From assembly GCF_037126435.1 (NCBI RefSeq), contig NZ_CP147020.1:1587293-1651292 (forward strand): DNA of 64,000 nucleotides, read 5' to 3'. Source of the stretch: Bernardetia sp. ABR2-2B. Lineage in GTDB: Bacteria > Bacteroidota > Bacteroidia > Cytophagales > Bernardetiaceae. Both the position numbers and the translations under genes were made by a program. Shown here one piece after another: positions 19,949 through 29,988 of the stretch. The notes under the pieces are model-generated. The model saw nothing but the letters and a program-made list of their open reading frames with translations. It ran no database searches and was not told the origin of the DNA. Each line of letters begins with the position of its first letter. Position 1 is the stretch's first letter.

Positions 19949-20053
19949 GTGTTGAATAGAAACGTTTTCAAAGATAATAAAGTTGCTGAACAACAACAAT
20001 TTAGATCTATTTACCGTAAACTAATAAAAAACAATCTCAAAACTTTCACAACA

Positions 20054-20239
20054 ATGAAAAAGCATCAAAACAAAGAAGAAGACAAAGAAGTAGAAAAAAA
20101 ACCTATCCAAAATCAAGAAGAGAAAACTCATATTGAAAATTCAAAAGAGAAAATCACAGAACTCTCAGATGAAGAACAAGAAGACTTGAGAGCAGAAGCT
20201 AGAGAACGTTACAATCGTTTATTGGGCTGTGGGGGTTGA
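20054..20239 (+). CDS. possible small acidic, Lys/Glu-rich protein (61 aa)
   Basis: ORF MKKHQNKEEDKEVEKK…RYNRLLGCGG lies directly downstream of the transposase remnant. There is no homology signal and it may be non-coding. Confidence 0.2.
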   Translation: MKKHQNKEEDKEVEKKPIQNQEEKTHIENSKEKITELSDEEQEDLRAEARERYNRLLGCGG

Positions 20240-20243
20240 TATT

Positions 20244-20699
20244 TTATTCAATACAATATTTTATTTCTGTAAATAAATCTTGATAGGCTTTTTGGTCAAA
20301 TACAAATGAGCCTATTTTTTTATACTCTTCAAAATCTGTTTCTTCATATCCATTTTCATAAGCAAAATCTTTCCAAACAATTGAATCATCTAATCTTTCG
20401 ACTTTGACAGTCATTGCTCCACAACCAATATCTAAACATTCGGAGCAGCCATAAATCATTATCCTACCATTTTCTAATTCTGGTTCTTTTTCTAGTAAAA
20501 GTTCCTTTATTTTTTCTTCTCGGTAATTACTGTTGCTAGATGTCTCGATTACTCCTATCATTCCGAAATCTTTCACACTTAATAATTCAGACAAAGGTTT
20601 TCCATCAATTATAAAATCAAAATAAAACCTTTGACTCATCATTGCCCCTCCAAGTTCTTCAAGTTTAGTTTGAGTTTTGTATGATAAACTATTTTTCAT
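20244..20699 (-). CDS. hypothetical small protein with a CxxC…C cluster
   Basis: The annotated ORF overlaps the upstream gene by 52 nt from 20825. The internal Met at 20699 (MKNSLSYK…) gives a non-overlapping 151-aa product. It contains CSECLDIGCG. Confidence 0.4.
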   Translation of the reverse strand: MKNSLSYKTQTKLEELGGAMMSQRFYFDFIIDGKPLSELLSVKDFGMIGVIETSSNSNYREEKIKELLLEKEPELENGRIMIYGCSECLDIGCGAMTVKVERLDDSIVWKDFAYENGYEETDFEEYKKIGSFVFDQKAYQDLFTEIKYCIE

Positions 20700-20772
20700 C
20701 TTAGTATCTATTTTTATGAAACAGACTAGGAAGTCTGTTATAAAAATGATTTCAGCTTTACTGATAACTGAC

Positions 20773-22896
20773 TTAATACCCTCCTTGAAATTTTCGTACT
20801 CCCCATTCAAAACTAGCAAGTCCAATAATCAAGAGCATAATCCACCATAAATTAATTACTTCTGAAAGCTGTTCATTTCTAAAAACCGTCGGTGTAGGAA
20901 TCTGATTTTGTAGAGAATCTTGCAAAACTTGTAGATTATTAAGCGTATAAAAATTTCCTTTATTTTGCTGTGCCAGTCTTCGCATAACACCAAAATCTGC
21001 CGTAGCATTTAAGCTTTCCAATTTTATTTCTTTTACTGTAAATTGCCCGATTGAAACTTCTGTTTTCCCGTCTAGTTGAGTAGTTGCTTTAAAAGAATAT
21101 GCTCCCTCTGGAAGTGCAGAAGCAGAATATCTAAAGGGAGAAGCATTATTTGTAAAGGTATAAGTTCTTGTTTTTCCTTCTTCATCTTTAATTTCTAAAC
21201 GAATATTTTGCCCTAAAAGTGGTTCATAAATCGCATTATAAATTTCTACATCAAAACTCACACCATCAGAAGTAGAAAACTGTGAAGCTGTCGGCGCAAC
21301 TCTAAAACGTCTTTTGTCTTCTTTAGTAGAAAGATATTGAATTATTTTACTCAAAAGTGCATCATATCCTTCTTGATTTTTATTTTCTGCATATTCATTT
21401 AATCGCCATTGCCACGTATTTTCGGCAAGCCAAACTCCTGCTTTTTTGCCATTTTTTTCACTCATCACTACTAATGGCTTTTTGGTCTGAATATTTCCAA
21501 CTCGTTGATACAACATAATTTCAGCTTGTGGCGAAATATCATAATCAGCAAACGGAACAAGCGCAGGAGGATAGGAAGCAAAACGGCTTTTTTGTTCGTC
21601 TGTTAGATAAAACTTTGAAAAATTGGAGTTCCAAAATGGAATTACTTTATCAGATTGATTCCCTAAAGGACGAATTTTCACACCTGTATTCAATGAATTA
21701 AAAGCATTATAATCACTTTGCGCTCCAATAACAAAAAGCTCGGCAGAAGTGAGTTTGCGAAGTTTTTCTAAAACAGGTAGTGGTCTTCCCATTTTATCAG
21801 GAAATTGATGATAAATAATAAGGTCATACTTATCCTCTAATTTAGTAGTACGTAAATGAGGCAAGTGAATATAAGGCAAATAAATATCAAACTTGTAATT
21901 CTCATTTTTTTCTATCGCTGCACGAAATGCCTTTATATCTGGGTGAGGCGCAGCAGCAACTAAAAGAATTTTTTCTTTGCTATCAATAATGTCAATATAA
22001 GCGTGGGCTGTATTATTTTGCTTTGTAAACTCTCCTTCTTGTGGCACAATCGTAACAACATAATGCTGAATGCCTTTTGAGGTTGCTTTTATCAAAAACT
22101 CAATACTTTTAAGGTCATTTGGATTAGAACTAAATTTCGCTTTTTTGGTAGAAATGGTTTTTCCATTTTGTGATAAAATTACCGTAATTTCTCTATTCTC
22201 AAAACCTGTATGTGTAACTTCTGCCACGATTGGAAATTGATTTCCTAAATACGCCATCTTATTATGAAATAGACTTTTCAATATTATATCTTTTTTTGGA
22301 ATCGTATCGCCTACTCCAATTGTTTGAAGTGAAAAAGAATAGGGCGAAATATCAGGTGCAAGTCCTTGATTGTAAGCACCATCAGAAAGCAAAACTACAT
22401 TAGAAAGGTTACGATTTTCAAATTCACTTTGAATACTTTTGAGCAAATCACTAATAGGAGAAGAAGTATAATTGAAGTTTATTTTATTCGTATTATTATC
22501 AATATTATTTCTCAAACTATCATTTTCTAGTTCTCTCAAAGTTCTGTATTCCACATCAAATCCTTTTTCTTCAAGGTTTTGAGCTGTTTGTTGGATAGAA
22601 TTTAAAGCCGAATTTATTTTAGTAGAATCTTCTTGTAATAAAATTGAAGCCGAATTATCAATCGCAAAAACAACCGTTGGGTTTTCGTAACGAGTAATAA
22701 ATTGCTGCATCAAAAGTCCTATTAACAGGATTGCAAGAACAGAAACCCACAAAAAACGAATGGCAGCCAATGCTTTTTGCCAGTTTTTGCCCCACGGCGA
22801 ACTTCTTTTATAATACAACAAAGCAGCATAACCAGCTCCTAAAAGCAAAGCTACAAGTATCCAAGCACTAGAATATTCTGTTAAAAAGATAGGCAT
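20773..22896 (-). CDS. membrane protein with an N-terminal double-transmembrane (two_anch/TIGR02226-like) domain and a C-terminal TM anchor
   Basis: The N-terminus has two TM helices separated by a short loop (…AWILVALLLGAGYAALLYY…FLWVSVLAILLIGLLM…). A large extracytoplasmic region follows. The terminal helix is WWIMLLIIGLASF. Confidence 0.55.
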   Translation of the reverse strand: MPIFLTEYSSAWILVALLLGAGYAALLYYKRSSPWGKNWQKALAAIRFLWVSVLAILLIGLLMQQFITRYENPTVVFAIDNSASILLQEDSTKINSALNSIQQTAQNLEEKGFDVEYRTLRELENDSLRNNIDNNTNKINFNYTSSPISDLLKSIQSEFENRNLSNVVLLSDGAYNQGLAPDISPYSFSLQTIGVGDTIPKKDIILKSLFHNKMAYLGNQFPIVAEVTHTGFENREITVILSQNGKTISTKKAKFSSNPNDLKSIEFLIKATSKGIQHYVVTIVPQEGEFTKQNNTAHAYIDIIDSKEKILLVAAAPHPDIKAFRAAIEKNENYKFDIYLPYIHLPHLRTTKLEDKYDLIIYHQFPDKMGRPLPVLEKLRKLTSAELFVIGAQSDYNAFNSLNTGVKIRPLGNQSDKVIPFWNSNFSKFYLTDEQKSRFASYPPALVPFADYDISPQAEIMLYQRVGNIQTKKPLVVMSEKNGKKAGVWLAENTWQWRLNEYAENKNQEGYDALLSKIIQYLSTKEDKRRFRVAPTASQFSTSDGVSFDVEIYNAIYEPLLGQNIRLEIKDEEGKTRTYTFTNNASPFRYSASALPEGAYSFKATTQLDGKTEVSIGQFTVKEIKLESLNATADFGVMRRLAQQNKGNFYTLNNLQVLQDSLQNQIPTPTVFRNEQLSEVINLWWIMLLIIGLASFEWGVRKFQGGY

Positions 22897-23084
22897 TTAT
22901 ATTAATGAAATTACGATAGAATACATTTTAAACACAGAGTTCGCAGAGAAATACTGAGAATAAATACAAATTTAGACCTTTGAAATTAGATTTCAGAATT
23001 TGAAATTTTCTTTACTTCTAATTTCTGAAATCTGACTTCTAAATTTGTTTGCAAAACGAAAATACACAATTCTACTTCTTTTAA

Positions 23085-23127
23085 GAAACAAAAAACAAAA
23101 CCTTATGAATTTTTGAGGTTCATAAGG
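23085..23127 (-). terminator. rho-independent terminator downstream of 23177..23854
   Basis: On the minus strand: a 9-bp stem (CCTTATGAA/TTCATAAGG) with a 9-nt loop, followed by TTTTGTTTTTTGTTTC. Confidence 0.6.
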
Positions 23128-23176
23128 CTTTATTTATTCTTTCAAAGTGCAATTCTGAAATTAACTGGTTACTGAT

Positions 23177-23854
23177 TTAAAGTTTCCAAGAGAATCCTAA
23201 AGTAGGAGCTAATGAAGGAGTAAATGGACTTATTTGAACAGGTTTGAAGGTAATTTTTGAAGGCTTGAAACTAGGATAAAAATTCTTTTTTATGTCTGCT
23301 AAACGAGAATTATAATCAACCAGACGGTTTCTTATTGGATTCCTTGAAAAAATAACCAATTGCCTTCCTCCGTACCAACCTGCTCCCCCCATTAAAATAC
23401 CAGCTAATCCTATTTCAGAACCACTTCCTAAAGTAAGGAGAACACCAGAAGCCCCAAATACTAAACCTACCCCTTGAATAACTCTACCAACTCCTGTTCC
23501 CACTTTAGATTTATCAATAGCTTGTACTAGCTTTTTTTCTCCTAATTCTTTCATTAGATTTCTTCCTGCTGTCATTGAAATTGCTTTTTTTTCATCTTCT
23601 AGGTAAAAAGTGCCTGTTCTTCTATGAAACCTTATAGGATTTTCTTTCCATTCGCTCGTATGGTTACTATATAAACTATACTTTTTTTTATTCAAGCTAA
23701 TAGTTCCCATCTGAACTGAACTCTCAACTTCAATAGTTGAGCTTACATTTTTTTCACGCTTTTCATTTCCATATACTCGCTGTTTGAAAAAAACTTGTGC
23801 AGAAACTGAAAAACAAATTAGATTGGCTAAAAGAAATAAAATTAAATACCTCAT
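23177..23854 (-). CDS. secreted protein with a glycine-zipper segment
   Basis: Signal peptide MRYLILFLLANLICFSVSAQ. Gly-rich hydrophobic stretch GTGVGRVIQGVGLVFGASGVLLTLGSGSEIGLAGILMGGAGWYGG. Confidence 0.5.
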   Translation of the reverse strand: MRYLILFLLANLICFSVSAQVFFKQRVYGNEKREKNVSSTIEVESSVQMGTISLNKKKYSLYSNHTSEWKENPIRFHRRTGTFYLEDEKKAISMTAGRNLMKELGEKKLVQAIDKSKVGTGVGRVIQGVGLVFGASGVLLTLGSGSEIGLAGILMGGAGWYGGRQLVIFSRNPIRNRLVDYNSRLADIKKNFYPSFKPSKITFKPVQISPFTPSLAPTLGFSWKL

Positions 23855-23893
23855 AATATATCTAGTTTTTTGTAGTTTTAGTGATTTTATATT

Positions 23894-26104
23894 TTAATAG
23901 ATAAACAAATATTTAAGCTTTTTTCTCCACGTATCCTCTTTATCATAAGAAGTTCTGCCTCGGATAAGTTCTGTTGTTACTAAGCCATTTTTCAAGTTTT
24001 GTACTTGCATAAATACACCATAATCATCTTTATCTAAAATGATAATTATACGAGCTAAATACTTTGTATCATATTTTTCTTGTAGCTTTTTGAGTTGAGG
24101 AATATCAACTAATTTCATTTGCTGTACTACATCTCTACTATAAAATGAACCCAATGAATAATATAAGTTAGCTAAATCATTATACTTTCTTACATCTTGA
24201 GCAGTAAAAACATCAGGGCTTATAAGAGAAAACCTACGTTCTTCTTTTCTCATCTTATTATACTTCTGTACTTTTTGCGTCAGTTCTTTTTGTTCCTTAT
24301 CAAAAAAATCAATCCAAAGTTCTTTCTTTTTTTTCTTATTAATTCTAACCAAAACAGGTCTAACCAAAAGCATATTTTCTTTGAGAATAATATCTGGTGT
24401 ACCAGCAGTTACTCCGAAAAAAGATGTATTTTGTTCGTTATCATACGCTTTTTTAGTAATATAGGCTTCAAACTCTCTAGCAGCTTGTACTTGTTCTGCT
24501 ATAGTATCTTTTTCTAAATATCCTAATTCAAAAAGTTTTGCTAATCCTTTTTTCAATCCCTTGTCTTCATCTAAGAGTCTTATTTCTTTTACTTTCTGAT
24601 TTGTTTTTATTTTATTCCAAGCCTCCTGAATAACTCCCATACCCTCTAATTTCCTCATTGCAACAGTATATTCTCTCTTTTTAGTGATGTCAGAGCCATA
24701 TGCAAATGCTTCTCTAGTAATCTTCAATTCCTCTTCAAAAAACAACTTAGGAACAAAATAATAAAAATACTCATATTCTTTGTACTTATCAGCAAATTCT
24801 ATTAAATGAGAAGCAGCCAAAACAGCTAGTTGGTCGTGGTGCAAATCTTCTAAAGCATAAAACCAATTTCTACCTTTCCAGTTGATTTCATTGTAGGGAT
24901 GTTCTAAATAAATTCGTTTTCCATAAACATCATAAGCAGCCAAACCATACAAAGCCTTTACTATACAGAGTTCTGAATATTTAGTTTTTCCATATTGAGA
25001 TTCCAAAATCAAAGCCGTATAGATAGCATCTACGAATTGCTCTTCCTGTAAATAGAGATTACAAAGCTCAAAACGAGCAATTTTTTGAGCTAACTTAAAA
25101 CGCTCTTCTGAAACTAAATATTTCTCTCCCTCATTTTCAGATTTTGAAGCCATTTTAGTTAAAGCAATTTTCTTTCTTTCTTCAATATCTGGGTGAGTTT
25201 GTAAGGTTTTTATTTTTTCTATTTCCTTCTCACTAAGTTTTGGCATTTCTACAAAATGAGTAATATCTCTATAATAAAAACTATCAGGAAGATTGACATA
25301 CGAATTATTTAGAAATTTACTCTCAAAAACAAGTGTATCAAATGGATAACGAGAATTTTTCAAGGCTTCAAAAGCTGCCACAGCTTCTGATAAATCATAA
25401 GAGGTTTTACTAAAAATGTCCCATCCTTCATCATCAGCTTCTATCTCTTGTTCTTTTGAGTACGAACTTTTCTTTGCCTGTTCTTCATAAAGTGATTTTG
25501 ACCTAGCAAGCAAACGAGCAATACTTCCTCTTCCTTCATTCTTTACTTCTTCATTATAAAGGAACTGATTAACACTGTGTTTTTTGGTAAAATGAGTAAT
25601 TTCGTGAGATAAAATAAAGGCAAGTTGAGCTTCATTTTCTAAATGTGCTAAAAGCCCTAAATTGACAAAAATATACCCTTCAGGCGTAGTAAAGGCATTT
25701 ACAGAATGTTCTTTGGTTACAAAAAAATGAATTTTACCTTGTAAGTCTGGATAATTTTCTAATACTTTATTTCCTACTTCTTGTACATAAGTAGTAATTG
25801 TATCGCCAAACAAAACTGAACCACTCCAAAGAAGTTGATTCAAATGATAACTAGAAATAACATCAAACTTATCTTTATTTTCCTCTAAATTTTTATCAAC
25901 AGTAAGAATATTTTTTTTTCTCTTGGCTTCATAAAAATCACTTGTTCGCTTTAAAAAAACTTCAGGGATTTTTCCTTTTGCTTCTAAAGGTGTGTAATTA
26001 TTGAAATCTAAAGTAGAATTTTGAGCAAAGCTACTCGGGTTAGTAAAGAGAAATAACAAGAATATGCTACTAAAAACAATGTGATGAATAGAAAGAGGAT
26101 TCAT
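23894..26104 (-). CDS. M48-family zinc metallopeptidase with a long C-terminal helical/TPR-like extension
   Basis: Signal peptide. HEXXH (FILSHEITHF) followed by EIEADDEG (the third ligand Glu), as in M48 (Ste24/BepA-like) peptidases. Confidence 0.65.
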   Translation of the reverse strand: MNPLSIHHIVFSSIFLLFLFTNPSSFAQNSTLDFNNYTPLEAKGKIPEVFLKRTSDFYEAKRKKNILTVDKNLEENKDKFDVISSYHLNQLLWSGSVLFGDTITTYVQEVGNKVLENYPDLQGKIHFFVTKEHSVNAFTTPEGYIFVNLGLLAHLENEAQLAFILSHEITHFTKKHSVNQFLYNEEVKNEGRGSIARLLARSKSLYEEQAKKSSYSKEQEIEADDEGWDIFSKTSYDLSEAVAAFEALKNSRYPFDTLVFESKFLNNSYVNLPDSFYYRDITHFVEMPKLSEKEIEKIKTLQTHPDIEERKKIALTKMASKSENEGEKYLVSEERFKLAQKIARFELCNLYLQEEQFVDAIYTALILESQYGKTKYSELCIVKALYGLAAYDVYGKRIYLEHPYNEINWKGRNWFYALEDLHHDQLAVLAASHLIEFADKYKEYEYFYYFVPKLFFEEELKITREAFAYGSDITKKREYTVAMRKLEGMGVIQEAWNKIKTNQKVKEIRLLDEDKGLKKGLAKLFELGYLEKDTIAEQVQAAREFEAYITKKAYDNEQNTSFFGVTAGTPDIILKENMLLVRPVLVRINKKKKKELWIDFFDKEQKELTQKVQKYNKMRKEERRFSLISPDVFTAQDVRKYNDLANLYYSLGSFYSRDVVQQMKLVDIPQLKKLQEKYDTKYLARIIIILDKDDYGVFMQVQNLKNGLVTTELIRGRTSYDKEDTWRKKLKYLFIY

Positions 26105-26206
26105 TCAGTAAGAAATAAAATTTTTAAATAAAAAACCAAGAACTACAAAAGTAATATTTTATTTAAAATATCATCTATAAATATTCAAATAAAGTTAAAT
26201 AAAATT

Positions 26207-27394
26207 TCAATTAAAAGAATTTTCTATCGTTTTAGCAATTTTCTCAAACGACCAATTCTGAATTATTTGATAAGATTTTTCTCCCATATCTTTAGCTTGT
26301 TTTTGGGAGTTAATTTTATTCATAGCTTCTTTCAAAGATTCTACATTTTCACTTTGAAAAACAAAACCATTTTGATTATTCTTCTCTTCTGGCTGAACTA
26401 AATCTACTGCACAGCCTACTTTTGTAGATGCAATAACAGCTTTTTTGGCTGCCATAGCTTCGTTGATAGCTAATCCCCAAGTTTCACCTGCACCTTTTGA
26501 AGGAAGAACAAAAATATCACACAATAGATAAACAATTGGCATTTTGGATTGATTCTGAAAAGGCAAAAAATGAATATTTTGATAGGATTCTGACTTTTGT
26601 TTTAATTCGTTTTCTAGTTCTCCATTTCCTAAGTAAATCAAATGTTCTTTATGTTTATCTTGCTTTCCATTTTTACTTTGCTTTTGAATAAATGCTTCTA
26701 AAAGTAGTAAAGGAGATTTTTTTGGTTCAAATTTTCCTGCAAAAAGCCAAACTACTTCATTTTCTTTTATGCCTAATTTTTTTCTCCATTGTTGGGCTAA
26801 GTCTATATTTTCATTTGTTGGCTTGAAACGAGAGTTATCAATGGCATGTGGAGCAAAAGTAAGTTTTTTATCACTTACTCCTGCCTGTTTATAATAGTTT
26901 TTATTATTTATTCCAACAAAAAAAGCTTTATCAATATGAGAATAGAGCCAAGTAAGAAATAGTTTACGAGCAATTTTTTTTGGAAAAGAAATTTCATCTA
27001 ATAAATGAGAATCACCACGAAACCATATAGGAATTTTATTATTAAAATAACGAATAACTTTTAAATGACTTTTATAACTCCAACCAAAAACCAAGATAGC
27101 ATCAGGATTATAGTTTTTTATCTCTTCAATGATGGTTGGATTATCAATTCCTTTAAAGTGATGTGAGCCTTTATCTAGTGCTATATTTTCTAAAAACTGA
27201 TACTTATATCCTTCTAAAAGAGGAATATCCCATTCTATTTTCTTTCCAAACCCCTCATCAAATTTATCTTTTAAGGCATCTTCTCCCCACGTATAAAAAA
27301 CACAGACTTCTATAGTTGCACGTTCTGAAAGCAATTTAAAGATAGGAGCATAGTATTGGATTGGATGTGTGGTAATGATAGCTAGTTTTTTCAT
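26207..27394 (-). CDS. glycosyltransferase family 4 (GT-B fold)
   Basis: C-terminal Glycos_transf_1 signature …GETWGLAINEAMAAKKAVIAS…. Confidence 0.75.
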   Translation of the reverse strand: MKKLAIITTHPIQYYAPIFKLLSERATIEVCVFYTWGEDALKDKFDEGFGKKIEWDIPLLEGYKYQFLENIALDKGSHHFKGIDNPTIIEEIKNYNPDAILVFGWSYKSHLKVIRYFNNKIPIWFRGDSHLLDEISFPKKIARKLFLTWLYSHIDKAFFVGINNKNYYKQAGVSDKKLTFAPHAIDNSRFKPTNENIDLAQQWRKKLGIKENEVVWLFAGKFEPKKSPLLLLEAFIQKQSKNGKQDKHKEHLIYLGNGELENELKQKSESYQNIHFLPFQNQSKMPIVYLLCDIFVLPSKGAGETWGLAINEAMAAKKAVIASTKVGCAVDLVQPEEKNNQNGFVFQSENVESLKEAMNKINSQKQAKDMGEKSYQIIQNWSFEKIAKTIENSFN

Positions 27395-27402
27395 TTACTT
27401 CG

Positions 27403-28707
27403 TTATTTTCCTGTTATCTTATCAAAAAATTCAGCTTGTTTTCTTGTCATTTCTTTAGCTGTATAAGGTTCAAATTCTTGCCAATCTGTTTTTGGTTTTT
27501 GGTCTATACTTTCTAAATAATTAGTAAAAATTTTATAGGCTTCTTCTATTTTTTCTTGATTATATTCTTCTTCTAAAAAAGGAATTACTGTTCCAGCATT
27601 TGTCTCTCGGAGAATAGAAACGGCACTACTTTTTTCATAAAAAACTGCACAAATAGGCTTTTTAGAAAGAATATAGGGGTACAATTTTGAGGCTGTATAA
27701 TTTTTATCTATTGAACCAAACACCAACAAACCATTAGCTTCAGAAAGCAAACGCAAGGTTTCGAAGTAAGGAATTCTGGCAGGAAATTCTTTTACATAAT
27801 CTTCGATACCATTTTCTTTTGCAATTGGATAAATGGTAGGTAATGGGTTTTGAGAAGAATAATCTGTACCAATAAAAAATAAACGTAATTTTTTAAAAAG
27901 TATAGGATTTTCTTGCAGTCCTTTTTTTATAGCCTTAAAAAAAATCATTGCAGCCGTTTTCATATCATGTCCTCCTCTTCCGACATAGACAAGGTTTATA
28001 AGCTCTTCTTTTTTATCAAAGAAAGGATTTTCAAACTTCATTTCATTTGCTACTTCAAAATCTTTATCAAAAGCACCAAAAGGAAGTGTAACGCAATTTT
28101 GAGGAGTTACATTTGAATAACGCTTTTGCAGAGTTTTACAGTAACCCTCTGAAACTGAAACAATTCCATCTGCTTTCTTCATTGCAATAGGTTCTAAAAA
28201 CTTATGTAATCGATACGAAAACCAATATTTCGCAGGTCGTTCATGCTTAGGACGACTTTCATAATACTCTGAATGCCAAGGGTCTTGGATGTCTATTATA
28301 TACGGGATGTTGAATTTATTCTTCCAATACGCACCCAAAACACACACAGGAAACATCGTTGTAGAAAAATAAATAAGTTCTATTGGATTACCTTCTTTTT
28401 TCTTCTGTTTTATTATTTGATTTACCTTTTTTTTATAAAAATACATAGAGCGTAAGCCCAAATCTCCTAAGCCAAACTTTCGTGTATATTTTGCAGAGAA
28501 TGCGTTTACATGATAAATTTCTAAATCTTGTGGAACTGTTTTGAGTAAAATTTCTTCTTTAGGATACTCTGTCAAATGAGGCTTCACGCCTACCACAACA
28601 GGATTCCAACCAAAGTTTCTCCAGTAATTAACCCCTTGTCTCACACGGTGCATATCAGCAGCATTATTTGGTGGAAAAGTAGGCGAAATAATAAGTAGGT
28701 TTTTCAT
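27403..28707 (-). CDS. glycosyltransferase, GT4-like
   Basis: 434 aa with a GT-B-like two-domain layout. Gene context is within the GT cluster. Confidence 0.55.
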   Translation of the reverse strand: MKNLLIISPTFPPNNAADMHRVRQGVNYWRNFGWNPVVVGVKPHLTEYPKEEILLKTVPQDLEIYHVNAFSAKYTRKFGLGDLGLRSMYFYKKKVNQIIKQKKKEGNPIELIYFSTTMFPVCVLGAYWKNKFNIPYIIDIQDPWHSEYYESRPKHERPAKYWFSYRLHKFLEPIAMKKADGIVSVSEGYCKTLQKRYSNVTPQNCVTLPFGAFDKDFEVANEMKFENPFFDKKEELINLVYVGRGGHDMKTAAMIFFKAIKKGLQENPILFKKLRLFFIGTDYSSQNPLPTIYPIAKENGIEDYVKEFPARIPYFETLRLLSEANGLLVFGSIDKNYTASKLYPYILSKKPICAVFYEKSSAVSILRETNAGTVIPFLEEEYNQEKIEEAYKIFTNYLESIDQKPKTDWQEFEPYTAKEMTRKQAEFFDKITGK

Positions 28708-28716
28708 TATATAAGA

Positions 28717-29988
28717 TTAGCTCAATATTTTTTCTATAACTTCAAGAAATTTTTGTCCTTCAATATCCCAATTATATTTTGTTTTTGATAGGTTTTTAGA
28801 AGCTATTTTCATTTTTCCCAATACATCTGAATTATTTTTTTTACTGTCAGCTAAAACTTCAATCTTTTGAGCTATTTGTTGTATATTTTGAATATCAATT
28901 AAAAAGCCTGTTTCTATATTTTTTGTCATCACTTGATACTGCGCTTCTGTATCAGATGCCAAAATAGCCAATCCTGTGTTCATGTATTGAAATATTTTGT
29001 TAGTTAAGCAAAGATTACGATTAACTGGTTCTTTTAATTCTAAAGCAAGTCCAACATCATGTTCTGCTGTTCTGAAAGGAAGTTCTTGATTAGAAACCAA
29101 TGCATGGAAAAATATATTTTGTTTTGTGTTTTCAGTTGTAGCTAAATCTAAAAAATATTTTTTTGTTTCTTGACTTGCTTCTCCTCTCAAATGTAATTCT
29201 ATATCTTTTCTATCCAATAAACTCAATGCTTCAATTATTTGTTCTATCCCCCTTCCTTTACCTGTCGTTTGAGAAAACCAATACAAAGATAAGTGATTTG
29301 TATTATTTCGATCTTTATACTCTTTATTTTCTTGTTCTTCTATATCATCAAAAACATTTAGAATGGGTAGTATATTTGGCAATTTTTGATATAATTTATC
29401 GTAAAAATCTACATACAAAGGGCTGGCGCAAGTAATATAATCTGTTTTTGGAAGATACTTTTTTTCTAACTCTACTATGTTCTTATCCATCTCTTTTGAA
29501 GTTACACTATAAGCATCCTCTATGTCAAAGCCTATTTTTGCATTATTTTTTTTTGCAATTTTGGCGACTAGAGGCAACATATTAATATTATGCGCAATAT
29601 ATAAATCAGCTTTTACAGATTTGAGAGAATAGTAAAGAGGAAGCCACAAAGAAGTAGAACTACTTAATTTTCCAAGCACAAATTGATTTGCTAATTTGGA
29701 TAATTGTTTGGCAAAATGATGAAAAGCTGTTCCAAACAAATAAAGCATTCCTTTTTTGTAAAAAGGATAAATGAATGTATTCCAAGTAGGATTTTTTTTT
29801 ATTAATTCATTATCAAAAGGCACAAGTTTTTCTAATGTCTGAATGCCTATAACAGAAACTTGATAGCCTTTATTAGCCAATAAAGTAGCTTCCTTTATTA
29901 AACGAGGATTAGAAGAAATATGTCCGACTGAAACGAAACAAATATGTTTTTTACTATCTAATTTATTTTCTATTCTTTGCTTCTTCAT
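28717..29988 (-). CDS. glycosyltransferase family 4
   Basis: GT-B fold with a Glycos_transf_1-like C-terminal half. Confidence 0.65.
   Translation of the reverse strand: MKKQRIENKLDSKKHICFVSVGHISSNPRLIKEATLLANKGYQVSVIGIQTLEKLVPFDNELIKKNPTWNTFIYPFYKKGMLYLFGTAFHHFAKQLSKLANQFVLGKLSSSTSLWLPLYYSLKSVKADLYIAHNINMLPLVAKIAKKNNAKIGFDIEDAYSVTSKEMDKNIVELEKKYLPKTDYITCASPLYVDFYDKLYQKLPNILPILNVFDDIEEQENKEYKDRNNTNHLSLYWFSQTTGKGRGIEQIIEALSLLDRKDIELHLRGEASQETKKYFLDLATTENTKQNIFFHALVSNQELPFRTAEHDVGLALELKEPVNRNLCLTNKIFQYMNTGLAILASDTEAQYQVMTKNIETGFLIDIQNIQQIAQKIEVLADSKKNNSDVLGKMKIASKNLSKTKYNWDIEGQKFLEVIEKILS

Noticed and set aside
19949-20239. 96-aa ORF ending in …LLGCGG, considered as a double-glycine leader peptide near a LytTR regulator
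   Set aside because: The GG is at the very C-terminus, so there would be no core peptide. There is no adjacent peptidase-containing ABC transporter. The composition is low-complexity K/E. It is kept only as a low-confidence small ORF.
22897-23084. Inverted repeats AGATTTCAGAA…TTCTGAAATCT in the 280-bp spacer upstream of the two_anch gene
   Set aside because: Plausible promoter or operator region, but the repeats are short, 11 bp with an AT-rich spacer. Without comparative data this is not distinguishable from chance. The adjacent terminator hairpin is reported instead.
29963-29988. 26-bp overlap between GT genes 28717..29988 and 29963..31231
   Set aside because: Probably a start-codon choice artefact. 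An internal Met slightly downstream would remove the overlap. Not a biological signal.
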